A DNA stretch of 64,000 nucleotides, taken from an uncultured Pseudomonadota bacterium. Lineage in GTDB: Bacteria; Pseudomonadota; Alphaproteobacteria; Rs-D84. Shown here in pieces: positions 9,806 to 19,377 of this stretch. The position numbers and the translations under genes were made by a program. Location: assembly GCA_949298405.1 (NCBI GenBank), contig CASFWA010000001.1, positions 210,023 to 274,022 of the forward strand, read 5' to 3'. The number at the start of each line of letters is the position of its first letter. The first letter of the stretch is position 1. The notes below the pieces were generated by a model. That model did not search any database. It was not told the origin of the DNA and saw nothing but the letters and a program-made list of their open reading frames with translations.

Positions 9806-11143
9806 TTAATCTTTTGAAATCGCCATTTGAATTAATTGTTTGGATTCAACCAGAAACTCCATAGGCAGACGCGATATAATAGGAGAAGCAGATGCGCCTA
9901 TTATTAGAGCAGTTGCTTCATCTTCTGGTAGACCAGATTGCATTAAAAATTGTAATTGTTTTTTATCTATGGTTCCTGTTGTTGCTTCGTGACTTTGTTT
10001 GTTTGTGCCATTAGAATGAATAATGGTGGGTAAAGTGTTTGCAATTGCGTCGGTACCGATTATTCTTGTGTCACATTTTGAAGCGTTTTTAGCGTTCTTC
10101 CCGTTAAAACTTACTAAACTGCGAAATGTCTGACGTGATTTGTCCAAGGCGACACCGTATGATACAATGTTTGAAATGGTATTATTGCCTATGTGAATCA
10201 TCTTTGTGCCTGTGTCGGCTTGTTGGGCGCCACGCGTTATTGTTAGTGAATAAAAGTCGCTTTTGGCGTTATCCCCAGCAAGAATTGTAGATGGGTATTT
10301 CCATGTCATAGCAGAACCAATTTCTACTTGGGTCCAGTCAAGTCTTGCACCGTTCCCACATTTACCACGTTTGGTTACAAAGTTTAATATTCCACCTTTC
10401 GTTGAAGTTTTTTTTGCTTTCTTGAATTCACCGGCATACCAGTTTTGTACAGTTGCATATTTTACAATCGAATTGTCGTGAGCAATTATTTCTACTACAC
10501 CACTATGTAGTTGATGGTTAGGACGACGCGGTGCACTGCATCCTTCCATATAACTTAATGTTGCGCCTTCGTCAGCGATAATTAAAGTCCTTTCAAATTG
10601 ACCAATTTTTGCGGTTTCAATACGAAAATAACTTGCTAAATCTATTGGGCATTTTGTGTTTGGGGGTATGTATACAAATGTTCCATCTGAAAATACTGCC
10701 GCGTTTAGAGCAGCATAAAAATTATCCGTTGCAGGAACTACACTACCTAAATATTTTTTTACTAAATCAGGGTATTGCTTTACTGCCTCGGCGAAGGGCA
10801 AAAATATTATTCCTAATTTATTTAATTCTGATGTGTATGATGTATGTACTGATTTACTGTCGATTACAGTATCTGTTGCCATACCTAATAAAGCGCGTTG
10901 CTCGCTTTCGGGTAGCCCCATTTTTTCATATGCTTGTTGTAAATCAGAATTATCCAACTGCTTTTGTTCGTTGTAATAATTTAATGAATTATAGTCGATT
11001 TTTTCATAGTTTATTTCTGCCCAATGGGGTTCTGTCATTTTTGACCATGCCTTAAAAGCATCTATGCGCCATTGCAATAACCATGATGGTTCTTGTCTAT
11101 ATGCAGATATTTCACGAATAAGTTTTTCTGACAGTTTTGGCAT
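9806..11143 (-). CDS. sufB: Fe-S cluster assembly scaffold SufB
   Basis: ERTLIIADEGATLSYMEGCSAPRRPNHQLHSGVVEIIAHDNSIVKYATVQNW matches the SufB core, including the conserved Cys of the (L/M)EGC(T/S)AP motif that is present in SufB but absent from SufD. Confidence 0.8.
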   Translation of the reverse strand: MPKLSEKLIREISAYRQEPSWLLQWRIDAFKAWSKMTEPHWAEINYEKIDYNSLNYYNEQKQLDNSDLQQAYEKMGLPESEQRALLGMATDTVIDSKSVHTSYTSELNKLGIIFLPFAEAVKQYPDLVKKYLGSVVPATDNFYAALNAAVFSDGTFVYIPPNTKCPIDLASYFRIETAKIGQFERTLIIADEGATLSYMEGCSAPRRPNHQLHSGVVEIIAHDNSIVKYATVQNWYAGEFKKAKKTSTKGGILNFVTKRGKCGNGARLDWTQVEIGSAMTWKYPSTILAGDNAKSDFYSLTITRGAQQADTGTKMIHIGNNTISNIVSYGVALDKSRQTFRSLVSFNGKNAKNASKCDTRIIGTDAIANTLPTIIHSNGTNKQSHEATTGTIDKKQLQFLMQSGLPEDEATALIIGASASPIISRLPMEFLVESKQLIQMAISKD

Positions 11144-11148
11144 AAAGT

Positions 11149-11697
11149 TTATATTTCGTTACTTTGCGCGGCAAGTTGCTTTGCTTGGGCAAAGAAGGTT
11201 AATGACTGACCCAAAAGCCCATCTGTAAATGTTGCAGATAATATACCGTCTGGGTCCGTTGTAGTTAAGTGGTGCAGAAAACTATCCGCACGGTTCATGT
11301 AGTTGTCAATGCTTCTGGCAACTTCTGAATCTAGTTTTATACATCTGCGCAACTTTTCAAGCGCAAAAGGATTTTTTGCATATTCATCCATAATGCCACC
11401 TAATGCACGCCATAATGGGTGTTCGGATGTGTTGCGCGGCATTATATCAATCGCTGCCATAATTGGAATTAAGTTTTGTAGTAAATCTTGGTAAATCATT
11501 TCTGCGTTTTCTGCAACGGCGTTAGTAGCAGATTTGTTCTTTAAAATAGATTGAATTTTTACTATCAGGTTATATTGATGTGTTAGTGTTTTTGTCGCTT
11601 CGCGAACACGACTGTTGATAACAGTAATAAAATATAGAATACCAAAGTTTATAAGAATTAAAATAATGATTCCTGCTAAAATCAATGTGTTATACAT
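11149..11697 (-). CDS. Hypothetical membrane-anchored protein (N-terminal TM helix)
   Basis: 182 aa with an N-terminal hydrophobic helix (LILAGIIILILINFGILYFITVI). It lies 6 nt upstream of sufB on the same strand. No known motif. Confidence 0.45.
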   Translation of the reverse strand: MYNTLILAGIIILILINFGILYFITVINSRVREATKTLTHQYNLIVKIQSILKNKSATNAVAENAEMIYQDLLQNLIPIMAAIDIMPRNTSEHPLWRALGGIMDEYAKNPFALEKLRRCIKLDSEVARSIDNYMNRADSFLHHLTTTDPDGILSATFTDGLLGQSLTFFAQAKQLAAQSNEI

Positions 11698-11881
11698 TAA
11701 ACGCTCCTGAACAGTTTGTTTTTTCTGAGTTAGTATAACATCTTTTGCCGATTCGTGCGATTTTATCTTGGTATCATAAAAAATAGGTACTGATAATATT
11801 GCGTTTTAGTCTTGCACAGATTCGGTCAAGTTGATATAATAATTATAATAAATAAGAGAAACATTCAGGAAAGGAAGTTTT

Positions 11882-12808
11882 ATGTTCCGCAAGATTTTAA
11901 TTGTCGCAATGTTTGCAACTGCTGCTGGGTATTGCTTTGCAGCAGATGATTTACCACAAGTTGTCACGTCAGAGGTCTTTTATTCTCAGGGGTCTAATAT
12001 TGACGGTTCTCGTTATTCACAAATAGAATCTAGTCAGGTTGTTGAAACTGAAAATGGACAGGTTGCACAAGTTCCTGTTTGGCCTCTTGCTGGGTCTGAT
12101 GCGGATGTTGAAATTGCTTGTGAGGGAAGTGCTTGTTCAAAGTCCAAACAGAACGACAATATTAGAATTGTTTCAAAAATAGGCGCAGATTTAGTCGTTG
12201 AAAATAATTTTAATCTGGGGTCTTCGGACGGTGATTTTGGTGGTTGGTCTGGTGGTGCAAATATGCTTCATGGTACTCAGATACCGGCAGGTTTTGATGA
12301 CGAATGTAATAACGGTTCTGAAATGCCTTTGCTGCATAGAGAAATGCTAGAAGATGACGGCGGTTCTGTTTTGACTGTGTCTCGCAGTTCTCGTAGAGAT
12401 TGCACTAATTACAAAGATGGGTATGAGGCTTTTGTTGCTAAAATGGGATTGTCAGAAGAAGAAGTTGCAAATGCTAATAAAGTAGAAGGTGTCGAAGCAG
12501 AAATTGCTGTAGATGTTTCGGCAGATGCAGAACCACCGATGGTGCTTATCGATCAGGTTCGTTCATGGGTCGTTGCTAGTGGGCAGACATTGCGTGAGGT
12601 TTTGCAGGATTGGTGCAATAAAGAAGGATGGGATTTGGTTTGGGCGACTTCTCGTGAATATCCAATTGAGGCAAGTGCAGTATTTAAGGGGCGTTTCGTA
12701 GATGTCGCATCTGCGCTGGTTAGAAACTTTTCACGCGCAACGCCTGTTCCTTATGCAAAGTTTTACAAGGGAAACCGTGTGTTAGTAATTTCTACATCTG
12801 AAGAATAG
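11882..12808 (+). CDS. Secreted protein with TcpQ-like C-terminal domain (type IVb pilus secretin partner-like)
   Basis: Signal peptide MFRKILIVAMFATAAGYCFA^ADD. The C-terminal ~90 aa (WDLVWATSREYPIEASAVFKGRFVDVASALVRNF...YAKFYKGNRVLVIS) resemble the TcpQ-family domain that accompanies lipoprotein secretins of type IVb pili. The lipoprotein secretin gene follows immediately downstream. Confidence 0.45.
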   Translation: MFRKILIVAMFATAAGYCFAADDLPQVVTSEVFYSQGSNIDGSRYSQIESSQVVETENGQVAQVPVWPLAGSDADVEIACEGSACSKSKQNDNIRIVSKIGADLVVENNFNLGSSDGDFGGWSGGANMLHGTQIPAGFDDECNNGSEMPLLHREMLEDDGGSVLTVSRSSRRDCTNYKDGYEAFVAKMGLSEEEVANANKVEGVEAEIAVDVSADAEPPMVLIDQVRSWVVASGQTLREVLQDWCNKEGWDLVWATSREYPIEASAVFKGRFVDVASALVRNFSRATPVPYAKFYKGNRVLVISTSEE

Positions 12809-12845
12809 GGTGGTGGTTTTATAAGTTGGCCAGAGGAGAAAATAG

Positions 12846-14474
12846 ATGACGAAACCAATTAAATTTTTTGTTATGTGCGGGATTTTGTGCGCAATAGCAA
12901 CAGGATGTGCAAAAGAAGAATCTGCTAAGGTCGCGGCATCTGTTGATCAGGATTTTATAAATGCGTATGATGCGTTTGAAATGGCTAAAACACCGCGTGC
13001 AAAAGTTGCTAGTGGTGATACTGTTTCTATGTCAGAAGGTGTATGGTTAGGCGCAAGTTCTACTGTTTTGGAACATAGAAATAATCTGCCGTCTCAATTT
13101 GAAACAGATACTGGAATCACAATCCTTTTAGATGAACCTGTGACTTTGCAGGTTTTGGCAAATAATATTAATTCTATTACTGGAATTCCTGTGAAAATCG
13201 ATAGTCAGGTTAATCAGGAAAAATTAAAGAAGACAGTAAATATTGCTTATACGGGCAAGTTATCTGGGTTGTTGTCACAAATCGCAACAGATTTAGATAT
13301 ATTGTGGTATTATGATAAGACGTCTATTGTCTTTTATGAAACAGAAACACAAACATTTACTTTGTATGCACTGGGAACAGATGTTTCTTATCAAACTGCC
13401 GTAGAAACAGATGACGGAAATCAGGTGTCTTTGGAATCTACTTTAAAAGAATGGGATGAAATTGAAAACGCAATTAGTTCTATAATAGGAGATAATGAAA
13501 ATACTAATTTTACTGTATCTCGTAGTTTGGGAACTATTACTGTGACGGCACCTCCGTCTATTTTGACAAGAGTAGGCGATTATATAGCGCGTCAAAATAA
13601 ACGTTTGTCTCAATTGGTGACAATCGATGTTAAGGTTTTGCAGGTATCTATTTCTAATGATTCTGCATTCGGGTTGAATCTGGCTGCGGCGATTAATTCT
13701 GCGTCTGGATTAAATATCGTTGCAAACCCAAAGAATAATTTGGCCACAACAGAGGCTAGTTCTATGAATATTGCTGTTCTGTCTAATACCGTTTCCGCAG
13801 TGACAGGTGCAACACATATGGAGGGAAATACAGAAGTAGCAGGTGCTTATACACAAGACCAAATTAAAAATGGTTCTTTGTCAGGTGCTGCTGGTAGTAA
13901 TGCTCTTATTCAGGCTTTGGCAAAACAGGGTAAGGTTTCTTTGGTAACAAATGTCGGTGTCACAACGCGTAGTAATCGTGTCGCGCCGGTTAATAATACA
14001 AAAACGACAGGGTATATTAAACGTTTTGAATCTCGTAACTTTACAACAGTTGAATCAAGTACTGTTGACCAGGATGACTTGGAAACAGGGTTCTCGATGC
14101 AGTTGTTGCCGAACGTCTTAGAAAACGGAAAGATATTATTGCTGTTCAGAATGTCTGTACGTGAATTGTTAAAGATGTCAACTCAGACAATCGGGGAGGT
14201 TACCTTGCAATTACCAGAAGTAGAAGAACGTAGTTTTATGCAGGAAGTAATCATGGAATCAGGACAAATGTTAGTTGTTTCTGGGTTCGAAAAGCAGACG
14301 AATAATGATACCCGTTATGGTTTAGGTGATCCTGACTTTATGGCTCTGTCTGGTTCGCGTGAAACAACCGCAACGCGTGATGTGTTGGTGGTTATCTTGA
14401 CTCCGCAAGTTTTGGTTAGTCCAATGGATGCAGAACGAAATATTCAGCAACATTGGGGGGCACCTCTGAATTAA
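12846..14474 (+). CDS. Lipoprotein secretin (type IVb pilus TcpC/PilN/BfpB-like outer-membrane channel)
   Basis: Lipoprotein signal MTKPIKFFVMCGILCAIATGC. Secretin core LSQLVTIDVKVLQVSISNDSAFGLNLAA.... C-terminal secretin tail MLVVSGFEKQTNNDTRYGLGDPDFMALSG...RDVLVVILTPQVL. Confidence 0.75.
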   Translation: MTKPIKFFVMCGILCAIATGCAKEESAKVAASVDQDFINAYDAFEMAKTPRAKVASGDTVSMSEGVWLGASSTVLEHRNNLPSQFETDTGITILLDEPVTLQVLANNINSITGIPVKIDSQVNQEKLKKTVNIAYTGKLSGLLSQIATDLDILWYYDKTSIVFYETETQTFTLYALGTDVSYQTAVETDDGNQVSLESTLKEWDEIENAISSIIGDNENTNFTVSRSLGTITVTAPPSILTRVGDYIARQNKRLSQLVTIDVKVLQVSISNDSAFGLNLAAAINSASGLNIVANPKNNLATTEASSMNIAVLSNTVSAVTGATHMEGNTEVAGAYTQDQIKNGSLSGAAGSNALIQALAKQGKVSLVTNVGVTTRSNRVAPVNNTKTTGYIKRFESRNFTTVESSTVDQDDLETGFSMQLLPNVLENGKILLLFRMSVRELLKMSTQTIGEVTLQLPEVEERSFMQEVIMESGQMLVVSGFEKQTNNDTRYGLGDPDFMALSGSRETTATRDVLVVILTPQVLVSPMDAERNIQQHWGAPLN

Positions 14475-14475
14475 T

Positions 14476-14503
14476 AAAAACCGCCGAAAGGCGGTTCTTT
14501 TTT
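14476..14503 (+). terminator. Rho-independent terminator after the secretin gene
   Basis: CCGCC-GAAA-GGCGG hairpin followed by TTCTTTTTT. Confidence 0.75.
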
Positions 14504-14605
14504 GCTTCTTTATTATATTGGGTTGCTATTGTTTTATGTGATAACAAATGCTTTGAATTAAAATTATTTGTTTATTTATATGTTTATTGTATTTTTTTCT
14601 ACGAA

Positions 14606-14634
14606 CAAAAAGCGTTCCAGCGGAACGCCTTTTT
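14606..14634 (-). terminator. Intrinsic terminator downstream of rpsT (hairpin with U-runs on both strands)
   Basis: GCGTTCC-AGC-GGAACGC hairpin flanked by AAAAA and TTTTT. Confidence 0.7.
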
Positions 14635-14653
14635 AAAACTGTTTTTTGAAAAA

Positions 14654-14914
14654 TTATGCCATCTTTGCTACTTTCTTTGCCAAACGAGATACTTTGCGAG
14701 CAGCACGTTTCTTTGGCATTACTTTACCAACAGATTTCATAATTTTGCTTTCTGCAGCGCGCGCAGCACTTACTGCAGCATTTTTATCGCCAGATTCAAT
14801 AGCAACTAATGCTTTCTTTGTCGCGGTTTTTACAACGCTACGACGTGCAGTGTTTACAGCATTCTTTTTTGCTGTTACTAAAATTCTTTTTTCAGATGAC
14901 TTGTGATTTGCCAC
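14654..14914 (-). CDS. rpsT: 30S ribosomal protein S20
   Basis: MANHKSSEKRILVTAKKNAVNTARRS... is basic and Ala/Lys-rich, 86 aa, the canonical S20 N-terminus. Confidence 0.9.
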   Translation of the reverse strand: MANHKSSEKRILVTAKKNAVNTARRSVVKTATKKALVAIESGDKNAAVSAARAAESKIMKSVGKVMPKKRAARKVSRLAKKVAKMA

Positions 14915-14987
14915 TTTATTTTCCTTTTATTTAATCACGTTTTCTGCTATTTTATAGAAAACAAACATAAAATCAAGGAAAAATAAA

Positions 14988-15575
14988 ATGATATACGTAA
15001 TTGGAATAATTATTTCTTATCTGTTGGGCTCTATACCTATGGGATTGTTGCTAACTCGGTTAATGGGAAAGGGCGATTTGCGTAAGGTTGGTAGTGGTAA
15101 TATCGGCGCAACTAATGTTATGCGCGTCGGTGGACTTAGAATGGCAGCCGTCACTTGGATTTTAGATATGCTAAAAGCTATCGCAGCCGTATTTGTTGGT
15201 GTTGCAATAGGCGGTGAAGTCTTTGGTGCTTGGTGTGGTTTCGTCGCAATTGTCGGACATTGTTATCCTGTTTGGTTGAAATTCCACGGGGGAAAGGGGA
15301 TTTCGTCTTTGTTCGGTGTTCTGTTGGCAGTAAGTCCGGTTTCTTTCATAATTTGTGGAATAGAATGGTTAATCGTTGCGTTGTCTTCTGGCTATTCCTC
15401 GCTGGGGGCGGTTGTCGCTTTCTGTGTAATGCCAGTATTAGGTTTTGTTATGGGATGGCAAATAGGTTTGCCTTTTTTGGCTATCGCTTTATTGTGTTTG
15501 TGGCGCCATCGTGAAAATATCGGCAGACTAGTTGGGGGTACCGAATCGAAGATTGAATGGAAATGGAAAAAATAA
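14988..15575 (+). CDS. plsY: Glycerol-3-phosphate acyltransferase PlsY
   Basis: LLGSIPMGLLLTRLMGKGDLRKVGSGNIGATNVMRVGG contains the PlsY signature (GSGNxGATN). 195 aa with multiple TM helices. Confidence 0.9.
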   Translation: MIYVIGIIISYLLGSIPMGLLLTRLMGKGDLRKVGSGNIGATNVMRVGGLRMAAVTWILDMLKAIAAVFVGVAIGGEVFGAWCGFVAIVGHCYPVWLKFHGGKGISSLFGVLLAVSPVSFIICGIEWLIVALSSGYSSLGAVVAFCVMPVLGFVMGWQIGLPFLAIALLCLWRHRENIGRLVGGTESKIEWKWKK

Positions 15576-15682
15576 TAAAGGCCGCATAATTAATTTTATG
15601 CGGCCTTTATCTTATTGGATTTATTCTTTATTTATACTGCGTTTTATGATATAATATTTCTATAAAATCGGGGAAGAGAATA

Positions 15683-16525
15683 ATGAAAAAAATAATATCT
15701 TTATTTGCTGTATGTTTGGTTTCTTTACCTTCTTTCGCAGCAACACAAGAAAATCAGGCACGACGTTCGATGACATCTCAGATGGTTATGGCGGCACCAC
15801 GTGCAACGGCTTCAACTGCTGAAATTAGTGCAATGGCCGCAGTTAATACCGCTGTACCGTTGGCAGAAAGTTCTAGTGTTAGGGTTGAACCTATTACAAA
15901 ACCTTCTGCACCTGCAGTAAATAACAGGGAAAAAGAAAAGGCCGCGTGTATAAATAATAATATAGGTGTCGGTAATACTTTCGTTTGGGCTTCACGTTAT
16001 AGTAATTCTAATAATTATGCTTCGATGGTAGAAGATACCGAAAATCCAGATAACAATATTTGTTTCGTTAAAGTAGAAATAAAATCTAATGACCCTAAAA
16101 TAAGCGTATCTGATGTACCTAGTCGTTATTTTGAAATGGGACGTGATATTACTTGTGGTGACTGGGCAGATGAAGGGGTCTTACGTCAACGTATTTTGGA
16201 TGCTAAGAAATCAGCACGTACATGGGCTACGGTCGGTGGTGTTGTCGGTGGCGCAGGTGTCGGGGTTGGTATTATGGAATTGTTTGGTAATCGTTGGATT
16301 GGTGGTAGTGTCGAAGGACAGAAGGATTTAACAGGTGACGAACGCTTGCTTTCTCATCTTTTGGTGCTGAAACGCGATAAGGACCCACAATATAATGATT
16401 TTATAGAAGCACTAGAAACTATGCAGAAAGAATGTAAAAGTATTCAGAGTGCTGGTGCAGAACTGCCAGATGAGTGTAAAAAATATAATTATGAGTACTT
16501 GCTGAATGCAAAAAATATAAATTAA
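15683..16525 (+). CDS. Hypothetical secreted protein with Gly-zipper segment
   Basis: Signal peptide MKKIISLFAVCLVSLPSFA^ATQ. Internal GGVVGGAGVGVGIMELFG glycine zipper. No known domain recognised. Confidence 0.5.
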   Translation: MKKIISLFAVCLVSLPSFAATQENQARRSMTSQMVMAAPRATASTAEISAMAAVNTAVPLAESSSVRVEPITKPSAPAVNNREKEKAACINNNIGVGNTFVWASRYSNSNNYASMVEDTENPDNNICFVKVEIKSNDPKISVSDVPSRYFEMGRDITCGDWADEGVLRQRILDAKKSARTWATVGGVVGGAGVGVGIMELFGNRWIGGSVEGQKDLTGDERLLSHLLVLKRDKDPQYNDFIEALETMQKECKSIQSAGAELPDECKKYNYEYLLNAKNIN

Positions 16526-16528
16526 GTT

Positions 16529-16556
16529 AAAAAGCCCCATTTGGGGCTTTAATTAT
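16529..16556 (+). terminator. Rho-independent terminator
   Basis: AGCCCCA-TT-TGGGGCT hairpin followed by TTAATTATTTT. Confidence 0.65.
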
Positions 16557-16620
16557 TTTATACATATATTATATGTAAATAGTCCTTTTATTATTAACCC
16601 TATATTTTTATAGTAGTGCT

Positions 16621-17643
16621 ATGTCTAATTTATTTAATAAGTTATTAATACTTCGTACGCCTGGAATCGGGCCTGTAAAATATAACGATTTAATAAAACG
16701 CTTCGGTACATTGGATGAGGCTGCGGCTTCTTTATCAGATAATGATTTGGTTCGTGAATCTGTTTTGAATGAATTAGAACGGGCTGAAAAGAATAATATT
16801 CATTATATATGTGATGATGAAGATTTATATCCCGCTAAACTTAAAGAGATAAAAAAACATCCGCCGGTCATATCTGTTAGAGGAAACGTTAATACTTTGA
16901 AAAAGTCAATAGTAAGTATTGTCGGTACGCGTCATGCAACTGTTGCAGGTATGGAGTTCGCCGCAGAGTTAGGAAGAAGGTTTGCAGATAATGGTTATGC
17001 AGTGGCATCGGGCATGGCAATTGGGACAGATGCTGCCGCACATCGCGGGGCGTTAAAATCTGAGGGCACTTCGCAAACAATCGCGGTTGTTGCAGGTGGG
17101 GTTGATTATATATGGCCACTAGAAAACGAATCGTTATATTGGGATATTGTAAATCGTGGTGCAGTAATAAGTGAGATGCCTGTTGGGTTTGAACCAATAG
17201 CAAATAATTTCGTACAAAGAAATAGATGGGTTGCAGGAATCTGCGAAAAGTTGATATTAGGTGAGGCTGATTTAAAGTCGGGTAGTATGACAACTGCGCG
17301 ATTCGCTATTGAATATGGCAAAAAAGTATACGCAATTCCGTCACACCCTTCGGATTCTAGGAGTTTGGGACCAAATTCATTAATAAAAAGTGGTGCTGCA
17401 GAATTGTGTTTAGGAGTAGATGATTTTTTCAAATCAGAAAAAAATACATCTAATGTGAAAAAAAATTCTGAAAAAAATAAAACAGAAAATTCTTTATTAG
17501 ATGCCCTAGGAACAATTCCCGTATCTGAATCTGTATTGGCAGAAATTGTCAAAAAAAATATTTCGGAAATTAAAAGCGATTTAGTGGTCTTAGAATTGCA
17601 GGGTTTGATTCAAAAAGTTGACGGTGGTTATATTCGAAGATAA
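16621..17643 (+). CDS. dprA: DNA processing protein DprA (Smf), natural-transformation ssDNA/RecA loader
   Basis: Rossmann-like DprA core IVSIVGTRHATVAGMEFAAELGRRFADNGYAVASGMAIGTDAAAHRGAL and EMPVGFEPIANNFVQRNRWVAG. There is a C-terminal winged-helix-like extension. Confidence 0.85.
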   Translation: MSNLFNKLLILRTPGIGPVKYNDLIKRFGTLDEAAASLSDNDLVRESVLNELERAEKNNIHYICDDEDLYPAKLKEIKKHPPVISVRGNVNTLKKSIVSIVGTRHATVAGMEFAAELGRRFADNGYAVASGMAIGTDAAAHRGALKSEGTSQTIAVVAGGVDYIWPLENESLYWDIVNRGAVISEMPVGFEPIANNFVQRNRWVAGICEKLILGEADLKSGSMTTARFAIEYGKKVYAIPSHPSDSRSLGPNSLIKSGAAELCLGVDDFFKSEKNTSNVKKNSEKNKTENSLLDALGTIPVSESVLAEIVKKNISEIKSDLVVLELQGLIQKVDGGYIRR

Positions 17644-17655
17644 AACTTTTTGTGT

Positions 17656-17677
17656 ATATACAGTGTATATACAAAGC
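17656..17677. repeat. Two tandem copies of a perfect 10-bp palindrome TGTATATACA (candidate operator)
   Basis: TGTATATACA-G-TGTATATACA starts 13 nt after the dprA stop, in the 320-bp region upstream of dnaA. Each copy is its own reverse complement. Confidence 0.6.
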
Positions 17678-17963
17678 GCGGAAATCGGGCAAAAAAACGA
17701 ATCGTTGTCAAAAACTAAATGTTAAAAATTTGGTTAACAATTGGTTGCAAACACGAATTAATCTTATACATTATCAGACGTATCCAAAACGATTGAGAAA
17801 CACTCAATCACCAAAGCGAGAGAGTTATAAAAGTAGGCTGATATAAAACTAAATTTTTATTAAATCTGTAAAGGTTAAATAAGATTTAGCGTTTATGGCG
17901 GGGTGTTTTTTATACTCTTGCGCGGGCAGGAAACTCTTTTAAAGGAAGGAAAGGAGAAACGAC

Positions 17964-19250
17964 ATGCAAGTAGCGGCAAAAAAAATGATGACTAACTTGG
18001 AACAAATCAAGGGGGCCATAGCCGCAAAAATGGATGTCGCAAGTTATTCTTCTTGGATTTCCCCATTACAGTTTGATGTTTGTGGTGATACTTTGGTGCT
18101 GACTGCACAAAATCAATTCTCTGCGGATTTTATCGGCAGTGTACACGCAAATGTTTTATCTTCTGTTGCGGCAGAATTTGGTTTGAACGTAAAAATTTGT
18201 GTTCGTGGTGCAACAGTTTCTGCAAATGTTGCAAATGACAACAATGTTCAAACTTATACACCTGCAAAAGCAGAAAAGGTCGCAACAGTTGCAACTAAAA
18301 ACGCTTTTGATTGTTTCGTATCTTGTGAAGAAAATTCATTCGTTTTATCTGCGTGTAAAAAATTAGCAGCGGGTGCGGTTCCTTTCTCCCCGCTGTTTAT
18401 TTATGGACCTGCAGGTTGTGGTAAGTCTTTGTTGGTAAACTGCATTGAAAATGCATCAGAAGGTCGTGTAATCAAAATGTCTGGTGGTCAGTTCGTTGCA
18501 GAATTTACACGTAGTCTTCATGATAAATCTGTCTTCGCATTCAAAGACTTCTGCCGTAATTGTGATACTTTCATTTTAGATGATGTTCAGACTTTGGCTG
18601 GTAAACGTGCAACTTGTGAAGAATTTGTACAGTTAATCGTTGATTTACGTGCAGCAGGTAAGAATGTTGTTTTAACAGCAAATGCCGCACCAAATAATTT
18701 GTCTGGGTTTGATCGTCGTATGCAGTCTTTGTTGGCTTCTGGTTTGGTCGCAGATGTTGTCGCACCAAACGCAAATGTAAAACGCGTTATGTTAACGCGT
18801 GCAGGGGTTTCTTCTGAAGTTGCAGAAGCACTTGCAACACGTATCGCAGGTGATGGTCATTTGGTTGGCGGCGTTGCAACAAAAATTAAAACATATTCTG
18901 AATTGATGGGTGAAACAGTTACATTAGAAATTGCACAACGTTTATTGGCAGACACATTGCAGAAGTCTAAGACACCAATTGCAATGGTAAAATCTATGTG
19001 TGAAAAATTGGGTGTTGCGTATGACGCAGTATGTGGTAAAGGACGTAGCCGCGCAGTAGTATTGGCGCGTCAGATGATGATGGCAGTATTGAAGGGTGCA
19101 ACAAATATGTCTTTAACAGAAATCGGTCGCGCGTGTGGTGATCGTGACCATGCAACAGTTTTGTATGCAATTTCACAAGTTGAAAAATTAAAGAAAACAG
19201 ATTTGGTTTTGGCCGCACAAATAAACCAGATGATAGAAGAATGCAGATAA
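17964..19250 (+). CDS. dnaA: Chromosomal replication initiator DnaA (divergent, compact)
   Basis: AAA+ Walker A IYGPAGCGKSLL. The C-terminal domain IV (MSLTEIGRACGDRDHATVLYAISQVEKL) matches the DnaA DNA-binding signature. 428 aa. Confidence 0.8.
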   Translation: MQVAAKKMMTNLEQIKGAIAAKMDVASYSSWISPLQFDVCGDTLVLTAQNQFSADFIGSVHANVLSSVAAEFGLNVKICVRGATVSANVANDNNVQTYTPAKAEKVATVATKNAFDCFVSCEENSFVLSACKKLAAGAVPFSPLFIYGPAGCGKSLLVNCIENASEGRVIKMSGGQFVAEFTRSLHDKSVFAFKDFCRNCDTFILDDVQTLAGKRATCEEFVQLIVDLRAAGKNVVLTANAAPNNLSGFDRRMQSLLASGLVADVVAPNANVKRVMLTRAGVSSEVAEALATRIAGDGHLVGGVATKIKTYSELMGETVTLEIAQRLLADTLQKSKTPIAMVKSMCEKLGVAYDAVCGKGRSRAVVLARQMMMAVLKGATNMSLTEIGRACGDRDHATVLYAISQVEKLKKTDLVLAAQINQMIEECR

Positions 19251-19377
19251 TTGAATCTTGGGAAAAGTTTAGTATTTAGTTGTTGGTTCCCCAGTGAAAA
19301 TATGATAAAATAATATAAAATTGTATAGGTATAAAAAGCCTGACAAAGGTTCGAAAATTCGACCAAATGGGGGAGAA

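Noticed and set aside
14453-14906. ORFs of 118 and 86 aa overlapping rpsT on the opposite strand
   Set aside because: Antisense to the unmistakable ribosomal protein S20 gene, and they span two intrinsic terminators.
16889-17552. Minus-strand ORFs of 134 and 148 aa within dprA
   Set aside because: Antisense to dprA, which has clear family motifs. No RBS and no domain.
17652-17846. 64-aa basic ORF in the dprA-dnaA spacer
   Set aside because: No RBS and low-complexity basic composition. It lies in a probable regulatory or origin-proximal region, so it is likely non-coding.
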